From Octopus sinensis (lineage: Eukaryota), in contig NC_043001.1 of the NCBI RefSeq assembly GCF_006345805.1, forward strand, positions 80,166,001 to 80,230,000: 64,000 nt of DNA. The letters run 5' to 3'. The number at the start of each line of letters is the position of its first letter. Within the stretch, counting starts at the first letter, position 1. A program made the position numbers and the translations under genes. Of the stretch, positions 27,115 through 38,486 are shown in pieces. The notes under the pieces were generated by a model that did no database searches, was not told where the DNA came from, and saw only the letters and a list, made by a program, of their open reading frames with translations.

Positions 27115-27631
27115 TATTGGTGAATTGAAGAAATGGAGCTGAACGCAGATTGAACAGAAATCGTTTTATTTCATTCTACACGTGTTTCGAAAGGCACAAA
27201 TTACCAAAATCCGATTGAATACACTGATAAACATACACTGATAAACAGTTTCGCCATGGGCTCTTAGGAGCACAGTTCGATTTGTTTTTTGCTCTGCCTC
27301 TGTTCTGTTTTTGTTTTTCCAACGGATTTCCTTTTTTCTTCCTGAAGAGAAAGACACAATATGGTCCCATTATTCAATCGGATTTTGGTAATTTGTGCCT
27401 TTCGAAACACGTGTAGAATGAAATAAAACGATTTCTGTTCAATCTGCGTTCAGCTCCATTTCTTCAATTCACCAATAATGTTTTAATTTCAATTATCCGC
27501 ACCAACGCACGGTTGCAACGCCAGATGGTTGTACCTCCAACCGTGCTGTTCACTGCTGTGATTTTTGCTACTAAGGTATCGGTTAAACTTTTGATTAATC
27601 TACTACAAGATTATTCATCTTTCTATTTCAC

Positions 27632-27635
<4 letters not shown>
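27115..27635 (+). mobile_element. PLE pLTR-like insertion with a 107-bp perfect inverted repeat
   Basis: 27115-27221 is the reverse complement of 27371-27477. Flanked by (TA)n and contains a hammerhead. Confidence 0.8.
27335..27423 (+). ncRNA. Type I hammerhead ribozyme (canonical core)
   Basis: Stem I TTTCTTC/GAA(T)GAAA, CTGAAGA at 27342-27348, stem II GAAAGACACAA/TTGTGCCTTTC (10 of 11 paired), GAAA at 27404, palindromic stem III ACACGTGT, GUA cleavage after 27415. Confidence 0.8.
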
Positions 27636-27678
<43 letters not shown>

Positions 27679-27957
27679 GCGTACGTAATTTTTGCTGTGG
27701 TCACTTTTGTCGTTTTTCGTTTTGGATTGGACAAAATAAATGATCAGTCCAATACTAGCGTTGATGTAATGAACTGAATCGGACGTTGCTTACAATGTGT
27801 CAAGATTAGAGACAACTGAACGTATATATTACAATCTAGCTTTCAGCTTTTGAGATCTTTAGTCCAGACCTGAAGATCGCAGTGGCATGAAACTCGATTC
27901 GCAATCAAGCTTTGTAAGCGGATCTGGGGAACGGAAATTGAAAAATAATGAGCATAA

Positions 27958-27996
<39 letters not shown>

Positions 27997-28545
27997 TATA
28001 TATATTTATATATATATGTGCGTATATGTGTGTTTTTGTGTGTGTGTATGTGTGAGGGGGTGTTTGTGCTTGTGTTTACCCTTAGCATCGCTTGAGAACC
28101 GGTGTTGATTTGTCTATGATCCCGTAACTTATTTGTTCAGCAAAAGAGACGGAATCAGTATCAGAGTTATCAAAGAAAAACAAAACAAGTAAGGCGGTCG
28201 ATCTGTCTAGCTAAGCCTTTCTCGGCAAAGATCCAGCATGGCCTGAGTCCAATGACTGAAACAAATAAAAGATAAAAGACAAAAATAAAAGATCTGGAAA
28301 GGTTCGGTGTTTCAGGATAAGATTAGCAAAGATTTAATCTGTGATTTAATGATAAACCCTTTGAATATATAATTTGTGTTATTGCTTAAAATTCGTGTGA
28401 GCATGTTACAAGTGTTGGTTTTGTTGTAGTTGTTGTTGGTGGTGTTCTTCTGCTTCTTCTTCTTCTTCTTTTTCTTCTTCCCCTTCTTCTTCTTCTTCTT
28501 CTTCCTCCTCCTCCTCCTCCTCCACTTCTTCTTCTTCTTCTTTAC

Positions 28546-28743
28546 TATGCAGCCCTGTCCATTCCACATATTTTCGAAGGCAAATTTTTCCACCCTTTTA
28601 CTAAATGGTAATCTATGAAGTGCGGGAGATTTGACTGTGCTTCTACCAAGTCGAGGGATCATGTAAAAGGCTCCCTCCATTGACTTGTGAGAGACTTGCT
28701 CGTTGCCTCGTCGTTGCCTTGCATTGCAACGTGTATCATTAAA
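28546..28743 (-). CDS. Candidate internal exon encoding a neuropeptide-precursor-like segment (RQRR...FYMIPRL-G-R...KR)
   Basis: Acceptor catttttAG, 198-bp open phase 0-0 frame, GTAAAG donor, non-repetitive sequence. No other exons were found, so chance is not excluded. Confidence 0.3.
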
Positions 28744-29270
28744 CTAAAAATGTACATGGCCAAATCGTTAGATTGGGAGAGATCATGTAACATAGTTGGG
28801 GGCAGATGAGAGGGCGTGAGTAGGCGTTGAAAACGCTGGAAATAAACGATGAGTAACAAAGCAGAAACAAAAAAGGTAAAAATAGGCAAAATTATAAATG
28901 CTAATGAGTTCCAGATTAAAAACTATTAAAAAAAAAATGAAATCAATCTGGTATCCATTAAAATAATTTTTCAGCATATTTTCGAGACAATTAACAAAAA
29001 AATAGCTGAAGGACATATGGTATAGTTCGCCCATGAATATTACTTCCAGATCAATGAGGGAGCTATTAAGTGGTCGCTCTACATGTTAGAAATAACAGCC
29101 ATATTTCTCTTTACTCTTTGCTCAGCCTGACTATCAAATATGATACACAGGATATATTTCCCCTAGGTCAATGTATCATATATGATCTAAATTTTTCTAC
29201 AACCAGTGTTGTAACTTGGAACTCAGGAGAAAGCGTTATATCACTTTTAAGCACGGACTACTGTATATAT

Positions 29271-29325
<55 letters not shown>

Positions 29326-29589
29326 ATGTGTGTGTGTGTGTATGTGTGTGTGTGTGTGTGTGTTGTGTGTGTGTGTGTATACGTACCAGTCATGTTTAAG
29401 TGGCGATAGACATTACTTCTCGATACAGTTACTGCTAATGACTTGTTAATTTGCTTGTTACACACACACACACACATATATATATGTATGTATCTATGTA
29501 TATATATATATATACATGTGTGTTTGTATGTATGTATGTGTGTATATATCTATCTATCTATCTATATATATATATATATATATATATTC

Positions 29590-30640
29590 CCCGCCTGCGG
29601 CAGAATATGCACTAATGCCAGATAGTTGTCTTCATAGTATTCGACATTTGGCTACGACGTTCGGGGAGAGATTATTTTGAGAGTTGTCCATGCTGTGATC
29701 TTATCTCTCCATCTCTTATGTCTCCGACCTCTGCTTCTCTTTTCATTAATCATTCCTTCCAAACAGACTTTGCTGACGTCAGAAGCCATTCGCTTAGTGT
29801 GACCAGGCATTTTGAGTACTGTATCTTTGATGAGAGAGGGGATTAATGATAATTTAGTTATTTGTCGTAGCTCTTTGATTCTGACACGGTCTGAGAGTTT
29901 GGTGTTCGTGATAAATCTTATTCCATGATTCTGAGAGAATTCCAGTTTCTGTTGTGTAACAGAAGTCCATTTGACCCATTTTAGCTCATTTAAAACTCCT
30001 GGAAAAAACAGGTGTTATAGTTTTTTTGATTTTACATGGTATGGGATCCCTTTTGAAGAAAGTGCAATTTTGTTCATCTCAAAAGCTGCCCAACAATGTC
30101 TGGTTCTATAGTTTACAGTTATCAACCCATCGTTTGTTTTTGAAGAGCGTGTGTCCGAGGTAGATGAATTCAGAAACTTGCTTTAGTGATTTTTCATATA
30201 TTGTAAGGTGAGGTCTTGGTTAGATTTGTTTGCTCTCATGCATTCTGATTTTGATGCGTTGGTAGATAGCCCTGTTTCTGCAGCATGGTTAGCAAGAGTC
30301 AACAAAAACTGTAAGGTCTGACATGGTTCATTTATTGCAGAAATATCATCAGAATTAGATGGAAGAGGAGGTGTCTTCCGATCGAGAATCTCAATGGACG
30401 TTCATTTTCAGTTTTAGAAAGTATTGCAGCGGTTACAATACAGAAAACTATAGTGAAAGTACAACCTGCTTCACTTCTTCTAAGATATTGACAGATCTGA
30501 AGGTTTTAATATCAGTCTTGAGGAAGGCCTTTGAATTATCGTGAGTTTTATTAGGTCTATATTTCGCTTGTTGGTGCTTCCAAGAAATTTCCATAGACAA
30601 GAAAGATTTACATAATCAAACACTTTGATGAAATCTATGA

Positions 30641-30642
<2 letters not shown>
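29590..30642 (-). mobile_element. Highly decayed LINE reverse transcriptase fragment (probably RTE-like)
   Basis: The minus strand gives FIDFIKVFDYVNLSCLWKFL (FIDFxKAFD), SDDISA (YADD equivalent) and EFIYLG. Confidence 0.7.
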
Positions 30643-30703
<61 letters not shown>

Positions 30704-30806
30704 TAATATTAATGGTAAGACAGCAAAAGAATGAAAGAGACATCGATATTATGTAAATAGAGGAATTTATTTGTAATATACTGTGTGACAATTATTCGGT
30801 TGCCAT

Positions 30807-30867
30807 GATAAAACTCCGAGTTTCGGATGTTGGGGCGGAAACCTGCACCGGCATCTCTTCAGTTATC
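30807..30867 (-). ncRNA. Type I hammerhead ribozyme within a PLE pLTR-like element (about 30700-31080)
   Basis: Minus strand: stem I GATAA/TTATC, CTGAAGA, stem II GATG/CATC plus an extra C, GAAA, stem III ACTC-G-GAGT, GUU triplet. Confidence 0.75.
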
Positions 30868-31109
30868 GAGGCAATTAAAATATGCTATGAAAATGACCGT
30901 TAAACAAAGGGAAATTACTATGTAAGTGACCGTTATTACGACAAAAGTGCTATTAGAATGACCGTTAACTAAGGGAAAATACCGAAGGGAAGGAAGTAAA
31001 AAGCAAAAGGTAAAGGAGTAAGAAAGCTCATAGCAATCGCGAGTGCACGCATGTACATACATACACATGCGAGCACGCACACCTATTTGCCATATATTTT
31101 GCGATGGTT

Positions 31110-32428
31110 TTCTGTATTGCGTTCAGAAACTGCAGATGTGTTGTTTACATCCATTATTGAACCTCTGGCAGCACATTTAATATCAGGCGCTTTGCAGCAA
31201 CAACAAAGGTATTTACCTCTTTCATAAGAGACCTTTTTATGCAGATGATTGTGATCTAGTATGGCACACAGAGATTGATATGCACCACATTGTGAATGCT
31301 TTCTCTGATGCTTGTACTGTCTGAGGATTGACAGTCAGTCTCAAGAAATCAGCTGTCATGTACCAACCTGCCCCTGGTAAGCAGTATAATGAGCCAAATA
31401 TCAATGTGTATGGTAAATGACTTGGTATAGTTGATCAGTTTATCTACCTGGGAAGCACAGTTAATAGATATAGCAATTTGGATAATGAAATTCCATACAG
31501 AATTAAGAAAGCAAGTGATGCTTTCGGAAGGCTAGAAAGGCGCCTCTGAAGTCAGTGAGACATATGCAGGAAGACAAAGATAAAGGTGTACAAGGCGTGT
31601 GTGCTCTTTTCTGTATGCCTGCGAGAGCTGGGTCCCATATCGATACCACCTTAAACAACTGGAACGTTTCCATCAGATGTGTCTCAGACGGATCTATGAT
31701 ATTAAGTGGAAGGACCGCATCAGTGAGCTTGAGATATTGGAAAGCTCTCGATGTGAAAATATAGAAGCTCTTGTGTAGAGGCAAAGGCTCAGGGTTGGTG
31801 GTTATCTGGTCAGGATGAAATTTTCAAGGATGCCAAAACAACTCTTTTATGGAGAGTTAGCTAAAGGAGAACAACCTCTACATTAACCAAAAAAGAGGTT
31901 TAAAAACTTGCTGAAGGCTTCCTTGAGAGACTCTAGCATCTCTTCTGACATTTGGGAGGGCATATCTATTGACCGTAGCAGGTGGAGAAGGATTGTACAT
32001 GAGGGGACAGCTACTTTTGAGAAATCTCGAGTTGCGCATAAGAAAGTAAGGAGGGATGTCAGGAAGAGTATCACTGTTGCCCTTCCAGACGGTAAGTGTC
32101 TTCCTATGATGCTGACATGCAGTGTATGTGCAAGACCCTGCCTCAGTAAAGCTGGACTCAAGAGTCATCTTCTTAGTTATAAAGCGACACCGATGATTGA
32201 CTACCAGGCCACTGGTGGTGGTGCTACACACTATACTAATCAGGTCTGTCAAGCATGTGGGAAGGAGTGTGATTCGGCGAGAGGACTAAACGACATGCAG
32301 AGGTACATGAAGCCCAATTACAACTATAGCCGGCTATTGACGGTAAAGGTTTTAGCTACCAATTCTGTACAAGACATTGTAGATCTTTAGTTGGGCTAAA
32401 AAGACACATTCGATCACAGCACCAATAA
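31110..32428 (+). mobile_element. RTE-BovB-like LINE 3' half with C-terminal C2H2 fingers
   Basis: RRFAATTKV..IRD..YADDC, GLTVSLKKSAVMYQPAPG, FIYLGS, RMPKQLFYGEL and DRSRWR, followed by three CxxC..GL..H fingers. Stop at 32426-32428. Confidence 0.9.
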
Positions 32429-32539
32429 CAGTTCCACATAGGGAAATACGCTGTATATAAGTAGTAAAATAGAAGAATAACGATTAAGAGCTGATAGAAT
32501 ACAGGTAGGAGAATAGAGTTAATAGTTCATCTCTCCCAA

Positions 32540-32587
<48 letters not shown>

Positions 32588-32589
<2 letters not shown>

Positions 32590-32945
32590 TAGCACTGTGA
32601 TCCGGCAACGCCGGGTCATAGTGCTAGTGTATGCATATACAGCTGCGTGCGCACATACACGCGAGTACTCTCTAAATCTCCTACCAATTACATACAGCTA
32701 GCTGGCATTTAATTGGCGTATCAAGTTTCGGGCACTTTGATTAAGTTTTGGATAGAAAATTCACAAAAAAGTCACTTCTATTGATTTTATAATGGCTTTA
32801 CGGGGTGACTGGGGAAATGTAAACATGTGCACGACCATCCTTGAACGGTTTTAAATGACCATAGAAAGTGCAAGCCCTCTAACTGAAAAATTGTGGATTG
32901 TATAAAGGACACACACACAGACATTTTGCCGTTTATATATATAAA
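32588..32945 (-). mobile_element. Non-autonomous Helitron-like element
   Basis: The minus-strand 3' end is a GC-rich hairpin followed by CTAG-T. The other end runs into ttttgccgtttatatata. Inserted in (TA)n. Confidence 0.6.
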
Positions 32946-32951
32946 TATATA

Positions 32952-33035
<84 letters not shown>

Positions 33036-33194
33036 AAGAATATGAGGGGCTTAGTTCACTGGTGATCGAAATGAATATGTGCGCTGTGTAAGTGTGCGCT
33101 GTGTAAGCGCACTATAATTGGTCATCCGTTAGGTTCCAAGTTCACAGCTAAGGCTGGAGCTAGGGATCTGCATTAGACTTCTGTGTTAGCAGGT

Positions 33195-33805
33195 ATATAT
33201 TAGAGAAAAAAAGGACAAAACCCAAGGCAGGACGAGCATCTCATGTCATTTATATTAATTTAGGGTTAAAAGACTCCGCCGGTTACGACGACGAGGGTCC
33301 CAGCTGATACGATCAACGGAACAGCTTGCTCGTGAAATTAACGTGCAAATGGCTGAGCATTCCACAGACACGTGTACCCTTAACGTAGTTCTCGGGGATA
33401 ATCAGCGTGACACAGAGAGTGACAAGGCTGACCCTTTGAAATACAAGTACAACTCATTTTTGCCAGCTGAGTGGACTGGAGCAACGTGAAATAAAGTGTC
33501 TTGCTCAAGGACACAACGCGGCGCCGGGAATCGAACTCACAACCTTACGATAATGAGCCGAATGCCCTAACCACTAAGCCACGTGCCCTCACTAATTTAG
33601 GGTAAGGTGAATTTGAAAGACATACAGCTATTTCTGAGATATCCCAAGTGATAGGCTAGAATGTCCGCACACAGGGTATTCCGTCATCAGAGACAAGGTA
33701 TGTGTGTATAAAAGTTCAAGATAGGAAAATTCGCAGCTTATAAGAAATAGAAGAATGAAGAGTAAAAGTAGATAGACAAGAGAATAAAGTTCACAGTTCA
33801 TCTTA
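33195..33805 (-). mobile_element. PLE pLTR-like repeat (interrupted by a SINE) with a degenerate hammerhead at 33618-33696
   Basis: Minus strand CTGATGA..GGAATACCC...GGGATATCTC A GAAA TAGCT GTA. Homologous to the plus-strand copy at 33950-34240. Confidence 0.65.
33267..33592 (-). mobile_element. Young tRNA-derived SINE family C with 11-bp TSD
   Basis: TSD taatttagggt at 33256-33266 and 33593-33603, A-box TGGCTTAGTGG, B-box GAGTTCGATTCC, CORE-like tgtgtccttgagcaagacact. Nearly identical to 51123-51453. Confidence 0.92.
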
Positions 33806-33949
33806 CATTTACACTTGGACCATTTACACTTAATCCATTAATTCAACATAAGCGCATCATTCAAAATACTGCCAAAATACTGCCTGGATTTACCTGGGAT
33901 TATACCTAAGAGCCTATACCTTCACGGAAGTACATACCAACCTCCATAC

Positions 33950-34240
33950 CCTCTGGGGAGAGATGAACTATTAACTCTATTCTCCTACCTGTATTCTATC
34001 AGCTCTTAATCTTTATTCTTCTATTTTACAACTTATATACAGCGTATTTCCTTATGTGGAACTTTCATACATAGTCACCTTCTCTCTGATGATTGAATAC
34101 TCAGTGTAGAAACACTCCAGCCTATCACTTGGGATATCCCAGGAACACCTTACCTTAAACTATTATCAATGACTTGAGATACTCGACCTTCCTTGGATTT
34201 TGTTGTCCTTTTCTTCCCTTTCTCTCTCTCCCTTTATATA
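33950..34240 (+). mobile_element. PLE pLTR-like repeat with a broken hammerhead
   Basis: CTGATGA at 34086 and GGGATATCCC are present, but stem III is deleted relative to the 33195-33805 copy. 33956-34063 is also inverted at 32430-32537. Confidence 0.65.
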
Positions 34241-34250
34241 TATACATATA

Positions 34251-34426
34251 ATATGTGACAATTATTCGGTAGCCATGATAAAACTCCGAGTTTCGGATGT
34301 CAGGGCGTAAGCCCGCACCGGCATCCGAAACTCGGAGTTTTATCATGGCTACCGAATAATTGTCACATATATTACAGATAAATATCGAGGTTTCATTCAT
34401 TCTTTTGTTGTCTTGCCATTACATAT

Positions 34427-34430
<4 letters not shown>
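34251..34430 (+). mobile_element. Fold-back copy of the 30700-30867 family (49-bp perfect arms, 22-nt loop)
   Basis: 34251-34299 is the exact reverse complement of 34322-34370. The downstream sequence matches the reverse complement of 30710-30790. Confidence 0.85.
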
Positions 34431-34488
<58 letters not shown>

Positions 34489-34561
34489 TGTAAATTTAGG
34501 GTGAATACTTGATAAGTGTAAGCACCTGTATACGCCAGCTAGTGGCAGAGGTGAGAGGGTG

Positions 34562-34593
<32 letters not shown>

Positions 34594-34598
34594 ATATA

Positions 34599-35060
34599 CA
34601 TAAACAATTATAAATAAGGGCATAAGAAAAAAATTTTCTATACCTATATGCTGAAAAATAGACCTTAGATCGTCTAACCCACATAAATATTTTTCACTAT
34701 AAATACACAGCGTGTTGAAGCGAGGAAAGCAAGCTGACAGAAATTTTTTAAAATTCATTATTCCCGTGTTTCTCGCTGAAGAAGGATGAATCCTTGTGGA
34801 TTCATCCAGAAATCGGTCCTATTCGTGAATAACGAATTCTTTAAAATTTCTGTAAGCTAGCTTTCCTCACTTCAACAGACTGTGTATTTATAGAGAAAGA
34901 TACTGTATGTGGGTTACACGATCTAAGGTCTATTAAACATATTGCCAAAGAAAATCTTTTTCTTTTGCCTGTATTTATAATTGTTTATGATTTTCACCTT
35001 AAAATGCATTTTAATAAGCTGGCCACTGATGTTTTTTAAAATTCTATCCATATATTAGGA
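34599..35060 (+). mobile_element. Fold-back element (~165-bp diverged arms) with a hammerhead motif in the loop
   Basis: Arms 34599-34766 and 34824-34990. CTGAAGA at 34776, stem II GGATGAATCC-TTGT-GGATTCATCC, GAAA at 34809, TCG-GTC. Confidence 0.75.
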
Positions 35061-35179
35061 GTATATGTATACATCATAATTACTTGAATTTTATATTAAG
35101 GCGGCGAGCAAGCAGAATCGCTACATATATATATACACATATATATGTACACACACACACACACACATATATACATATA

Positions 35180-35399
35180 TACTCTTTTTACTCTTTTACT
35201 TGTTTCAGTCATTTGACTATAGCCATGCTGGAGCACCCCCTTTAGTCGAGCAAATCGACCCCAGGACTTATTCTTTGTAAGCCTAGTACTTATTCTATCG
35301 GTCTCTTTTCCCAAACTGCTAAGTTACGGGTACGTAAACACACCAGCATTGTTTATCAGGCGATGTTGGGGGTAAAAAGACAGACAGACACACAAACAT

Positions 35400-35430
<31 letters not shown>

Positions 35431-35595
35431 CGACGAGCTTCTTTCAGTTTCCGTCTACATAATCCACTCACAAGGTTTTGGTCGGTCCGAGGATATAGTA
35501 GAAGACACTTGTCCAAGGTGCCACGCAATGAGACTGAACCCGGAACCATGTGATTCGTAAGCAAGCTACTTAGCACACAGCCACTTCTATGCCTA
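35180..35595 (-). mobile_element. SINE family B, full length
   Basis: Reverse complement colinear with 21187-21585. Confidence 0.9.
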
Positions 35596-36049
35596 TATAT
35601 ATATATATATATATATATATCAAGGGTTGAACATACAGAACGCAACAAGGATAATAATCCTACAATGATTCATCTTAAATTTTAAAAGAAAAACGTTTAA
35701 AACTTAATTCACTTCTACTGTGCAAGAATTATAGAGTGTGGGATTGCATTCTACTGGCAGTTCTTAAACTCTCATTATTTGGAGTAATTCTAAGTTAATT
35801 ATATATAAAATTCGTTGAAGACTGTAATATTCTTTGAGGCAGACCCTTCTCAGAAGACAGTTGGATGTGAAAGGTAGTGTTTAATTAGGTAATAAAATAC
35901 CGATTCTTTTCTTCGAGAGATAGGTATGACTGGTTTAACTGATGTAATGCTGTATACGCGCAACTATTATGCTTGTCAGTTGTTTGTGTCTTCTTTCCTT
36001 CGTTAAGAACATTTAATAACCGTGTCTCAAAGCTTTGTGGGATAAAACG

Positions 36050-37470
36050 GACGATTTTATAGAATCCAGCACTTGATTGGTGCTTTATTTCAAAGACTCA
36101 GGATAGATGAAATGGAAAGTCGAAATCAAAGGGATTTATGCTCAGGATGTAAAGATCCATAACGACCATATTGCCGTTTGATTGGCTCCCCTCTGCGGAT
36201 TCTTCGAACTAAAACTCAAGTAATTATAATAATAATACTTTCTAATTTTAGAACATGGCCAGCAATTTTGAGACGAGAGGAAGGTCGATTAAATCGACCC
36301 CGCAACAAAACTGGTTCTCTATTTTATCGATCCCTGTGAGATGAAAGGCAAAATTGATCTCAGCTGGATTTGACCCATTAAGCATTTTCCCGCCTCTGCA
36401 AGCTTGCTCCTTCCTTTGTAAGACTAATATAATTGGCACAAGGCCTGCAGCAGGGCAGGAGGGGGGCTAGCCGATTACATCGACCCCACTGTTTAACTGG
36501 TACCTATTTTATTGACCATGGAAGAATTAAAGGGAAAGTGATAGCAACGCCATTTTAACATAGAACTTAATGTTGGGAGAAATACCGCTAAGTATTTTTC
36601 CTGGTGCAGTAGCGATTCTTCTAGCTCACCGCCTTAATATAAATCTCTGATATAGGTTACAAAATTAAAGCAAGCAAGCTAGCAGAATCATTAGCATGTT
36701 GCGCAAAATGCTTAACGGTATTTCGTCCGTCTTCACATTCTGAGTTCAAATTCCCCTGAAGTTGACGTTCACATTTTCAGTCTTTATAAAATAAGTAGTT
36801 GAGCACTGGGATTGCTGTCATCGGTTTACACCCAAAATTGCTGACCTTGTGCCAAAATTTGAGACGAATGACAGTACAAAGTCACATTTCACAATCGATT
36901 TGATTACCAGCTATACTTGACTGGTAACTATTTTTCTGGACAACAGAAGAATAAAAGACATAGAGAGGTTTCATATCAGAAGTTAAAGTGATAACACAAT
37001 ATTGGAAGGTATTTTGACTGTTACTCTACCGATATTATCAAACAGTGCTCCTGTAATAATCCTTTTTACCTTAGGCATAAGGCCTGAAATTTTGGTACAA
37101 GCGACAAATCAAGCCCAGTGCTTAAATGGTAATTATTTCATTGAAACAGAAAATATGTAAGACAGAGTGGACCCCGGAGGAATTTGAACTCGAAACGTAA
37201 AGCTAGAAGAAATACCACTAAGAATTTTGTCTGAGACAGAAACGATTCTGCCACTACGCCGCCTTAGTGCACCTGTGATAGTGATTTCAAATTTTTAGCG
37301 TGAAGCCGGCAATTTTGAGGCATAATGTAAGTCGATTACATCGACTCCAGTGCTCAAGTGCTATTCATTTTATCGACACGCAAAGGCGTTGTTTGAACTC
37401 AGAACATAATGATGGACAAATTGGTGGTTAGCATTTTGCCCTGCGTGCATCTGATTCTGCCAGCCTTTAG
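36050..37470. mobile_element. Cluster of old, diverged SINE family A copies on both strands
   Basis: Recurrent gattacatcgac.cca, gaatttgaactc, ctgagttcaaattc and cttgtgccaaaattt remnants. Confidence 0.7.
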
Positions 37471-37604
37471 TGGTTCAGTAATCATAAGCGAGATATATAA
37501 ATTTTTGTTTTTTACTTTCTATTTAAGAAACATTCCGTGTTTTTGCTCGGCTGTTTGCTGCCACATCTTAACATTGCATGACAGCTACAAGGAGTGGAAC
37601 AGTA

Positions 37605-37642
<38 letters not shown>

Positions 37643-37834
37643 AGAAGCAAAGAACAAAAAACATGAACATTGAATAGACAAGATCTGTCAAAGATGAAGG
37701 AACCATTTAAAGGCTTTCAGCTTTTTCAGACTGCACCCTATTTACTTTCACTCTTTAGATTTAGGCCTTCCAAACAGAATTGCTATGGCACTGCAAATAG
37801 ATAGATATCTAGATAGATAGATAAATAGATAGAC

Positions 37835-37901
<67 letters not shown>

Positions 37902-37934
37902 CAACATACAAACACTTGATACAAACCTAAACTC

Positions 37935-37971
<37 letters not shown>

Positions 37972-38034
37972 ATATATTTATTTATTTATATATATACGAT
38001 ACTGTGCATATATATGTACATATATGTACATATA

Positions 38035-38079
<45 letters not shown>

Positions 38080-38132
38080 CATTTTTTTTCACACCACCTT
38101 TCTTCTTCGCTCTCTCTGCTTTTTTTCTCAAT

Positions 38133-38172
38133 CCTTATCTGTCGAAGAGTGCAGGCTCGAAACGTCAATGAC
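38133..38172 (+). ncRNA. Second copy of the CUGUNGA hammerhead-like motif
   Basis: CTGTCGA-A-GAGT-GCAG-GCTC-GAAACGTC, with decayed stem I. Downstream sequence is homologous to 17184-17280. Confidence 0.45.
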
Positions 38173-38486
38173 TTTTCCATTCTTCCCCAGCGTTAAACAA
38201 ATACAACTCTTGTTGTCCCATCAGCGGCTTCTCTTTGGCTTTCTGTAAGTTAAAACCCCATTTATCTATCTATCTTCTATCTATATATATATTATATATA
38301 TTATATATTATATATATATATATATATATACATACACACACACCCACACACACACGCACTTATATATAAAGGGCCACTCGTTGGGCAGTAAACTATATAA
38401 CACCCTTCAATACGTCTCTCACAGAAACTTTTTTCATCTGTGCTGTTCCCTTACATGCATATATGTATATACTAAATATATTCCGA

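Noticed and set aside
28659-28889. ORF with a signal-peptide-like hydrophobic start
   Set aside because: It starts at TTG, the hydrophobicity comes from a pyrimidine-rich tract, and it is out of frame with the PRLGR segment.
33520-33592. tRNA-like sequences (also 51380-51453, 54796-54880, 21187-21250)
   Set aside because: These are SINE heads with A/B boxes followed by SINE bodies and TSDs, not tRNA genes.
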